Shown here piece by piece: positions 63,315 through 64,000 of a DNA stretch of 64,000 nt (its first letter is position 1; each line of letters opens with the position of its first letter). The position numbers and the translations under genes were made by a program. Source of the stretch: Octopus vulgaris (lineage: Eukaryota); NCBI GenBank assembly GCA_951406725.2, contig OX597815.1, positions 17,794,001-17,858,000 on the forward strand, read 5' to 3'. The notes under the pieces were generated by a model that saw only the letters and a list, made by a program, of their open reading frames with translations, was not told the DNA's origin and did not search any database.

Positions 63315-63720
63315 CATCGTCGCCTTACTGGCACTTATGCCTGTGCTAGTAGGGTGCCAAGAGCACCATCTGAGCGTGATCGTTGCCAGAGCAGCCAACT
63401 GGCTTCTGTATCCGTGGCACGCACAAGGGCACCATTTGAGCGTGATTGTTACCAACGTCGCTTCACTGGCACCTGTACCGATGGCATGTGTAAAAAGATT
63501 CGAGCGAGGTCATTGCCAGTCCCGCTTGACAGGCTTCTGTGCCGGTGGCATGTAAAAAGCACCCACAACACTCTCGGAGTGTTTGGCATTAGGAAGGGTA
63601 TCCAGCTGTAGAAATGCTGCCAGATCAAGATTGGAGCCTGGTGCAGCCATCTGGCTCACCAGCCCTCAGTCAAAATCGTCCAACCCATTTTAGCATGGAA
63701 AGCGGACGTTGAACAATGAA
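63315..63720 (+). mobile_element. RTE 3' UTR (family C)
   Basis: Family match. Confidence 0.88.
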
Positions 63721-64000
63721 GTTGTTTACACTGACTCTAGTACTTATTTTACAGTCCTCAGAATAAAGTCAACCAGGATGGAATTTGAACCGAGATGCTC
63801 AGCAGGTGAAACAAAATAGCTCAAAGTATTTTGTTCCATGCTCTATCAATTATGGCATCTACCAGCCGCAAGTAACAATTTTTTAAATGAATATGTACTC
63901 ATGCATTTAAAATATGCTATAATTAGGTCATCTGTATCAACAGATTCGAAATATATGCAGATGCTTTTAGCAAATCTGGATTGCACATTTGCAATAATAT

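Overview
AT-rich, repeat-dominated eukaryotic DNA with no intact protein-coding gene that I can support, so probably intronic or intergenic. The repeat content (three tRNA-derived SINE families, (GAT)n-tailed RTE remnants, long TA/CA microsatellites) resembles an Octopus/coleoid cephalopod genome; this is inference. Recognisable decayed elements: an L1/Tx1-type ORF2 fragment joined to an RLE-type LINE 3' end, CR1, RTE (two copies with a PHD-like C4HC3 finger inside the RT), R4/Dong-like, Penelope (GIY-YIG), two mariner remnants, and MITEs of Tc1, hAT, piggyBac, Merlin-like and Helitron type. The most notable signal is a set of minimal type I hammerhead-ribozyme-like motifs with non-canonical but compensatory cores (U3-A8, and G3-C8). 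They occur as a 329-bp-period tandem array (41961-42875), in a long hairpin (15562-15699), inside palindromes, and behind a tRNA-derived head, suggesting a family of Penelope-dependent retrozyme-like elements. Almost all ORFs in the supplied track are translations of microsatellites or SINEs. Coordinates were counted by eye and may be off by a few bases.
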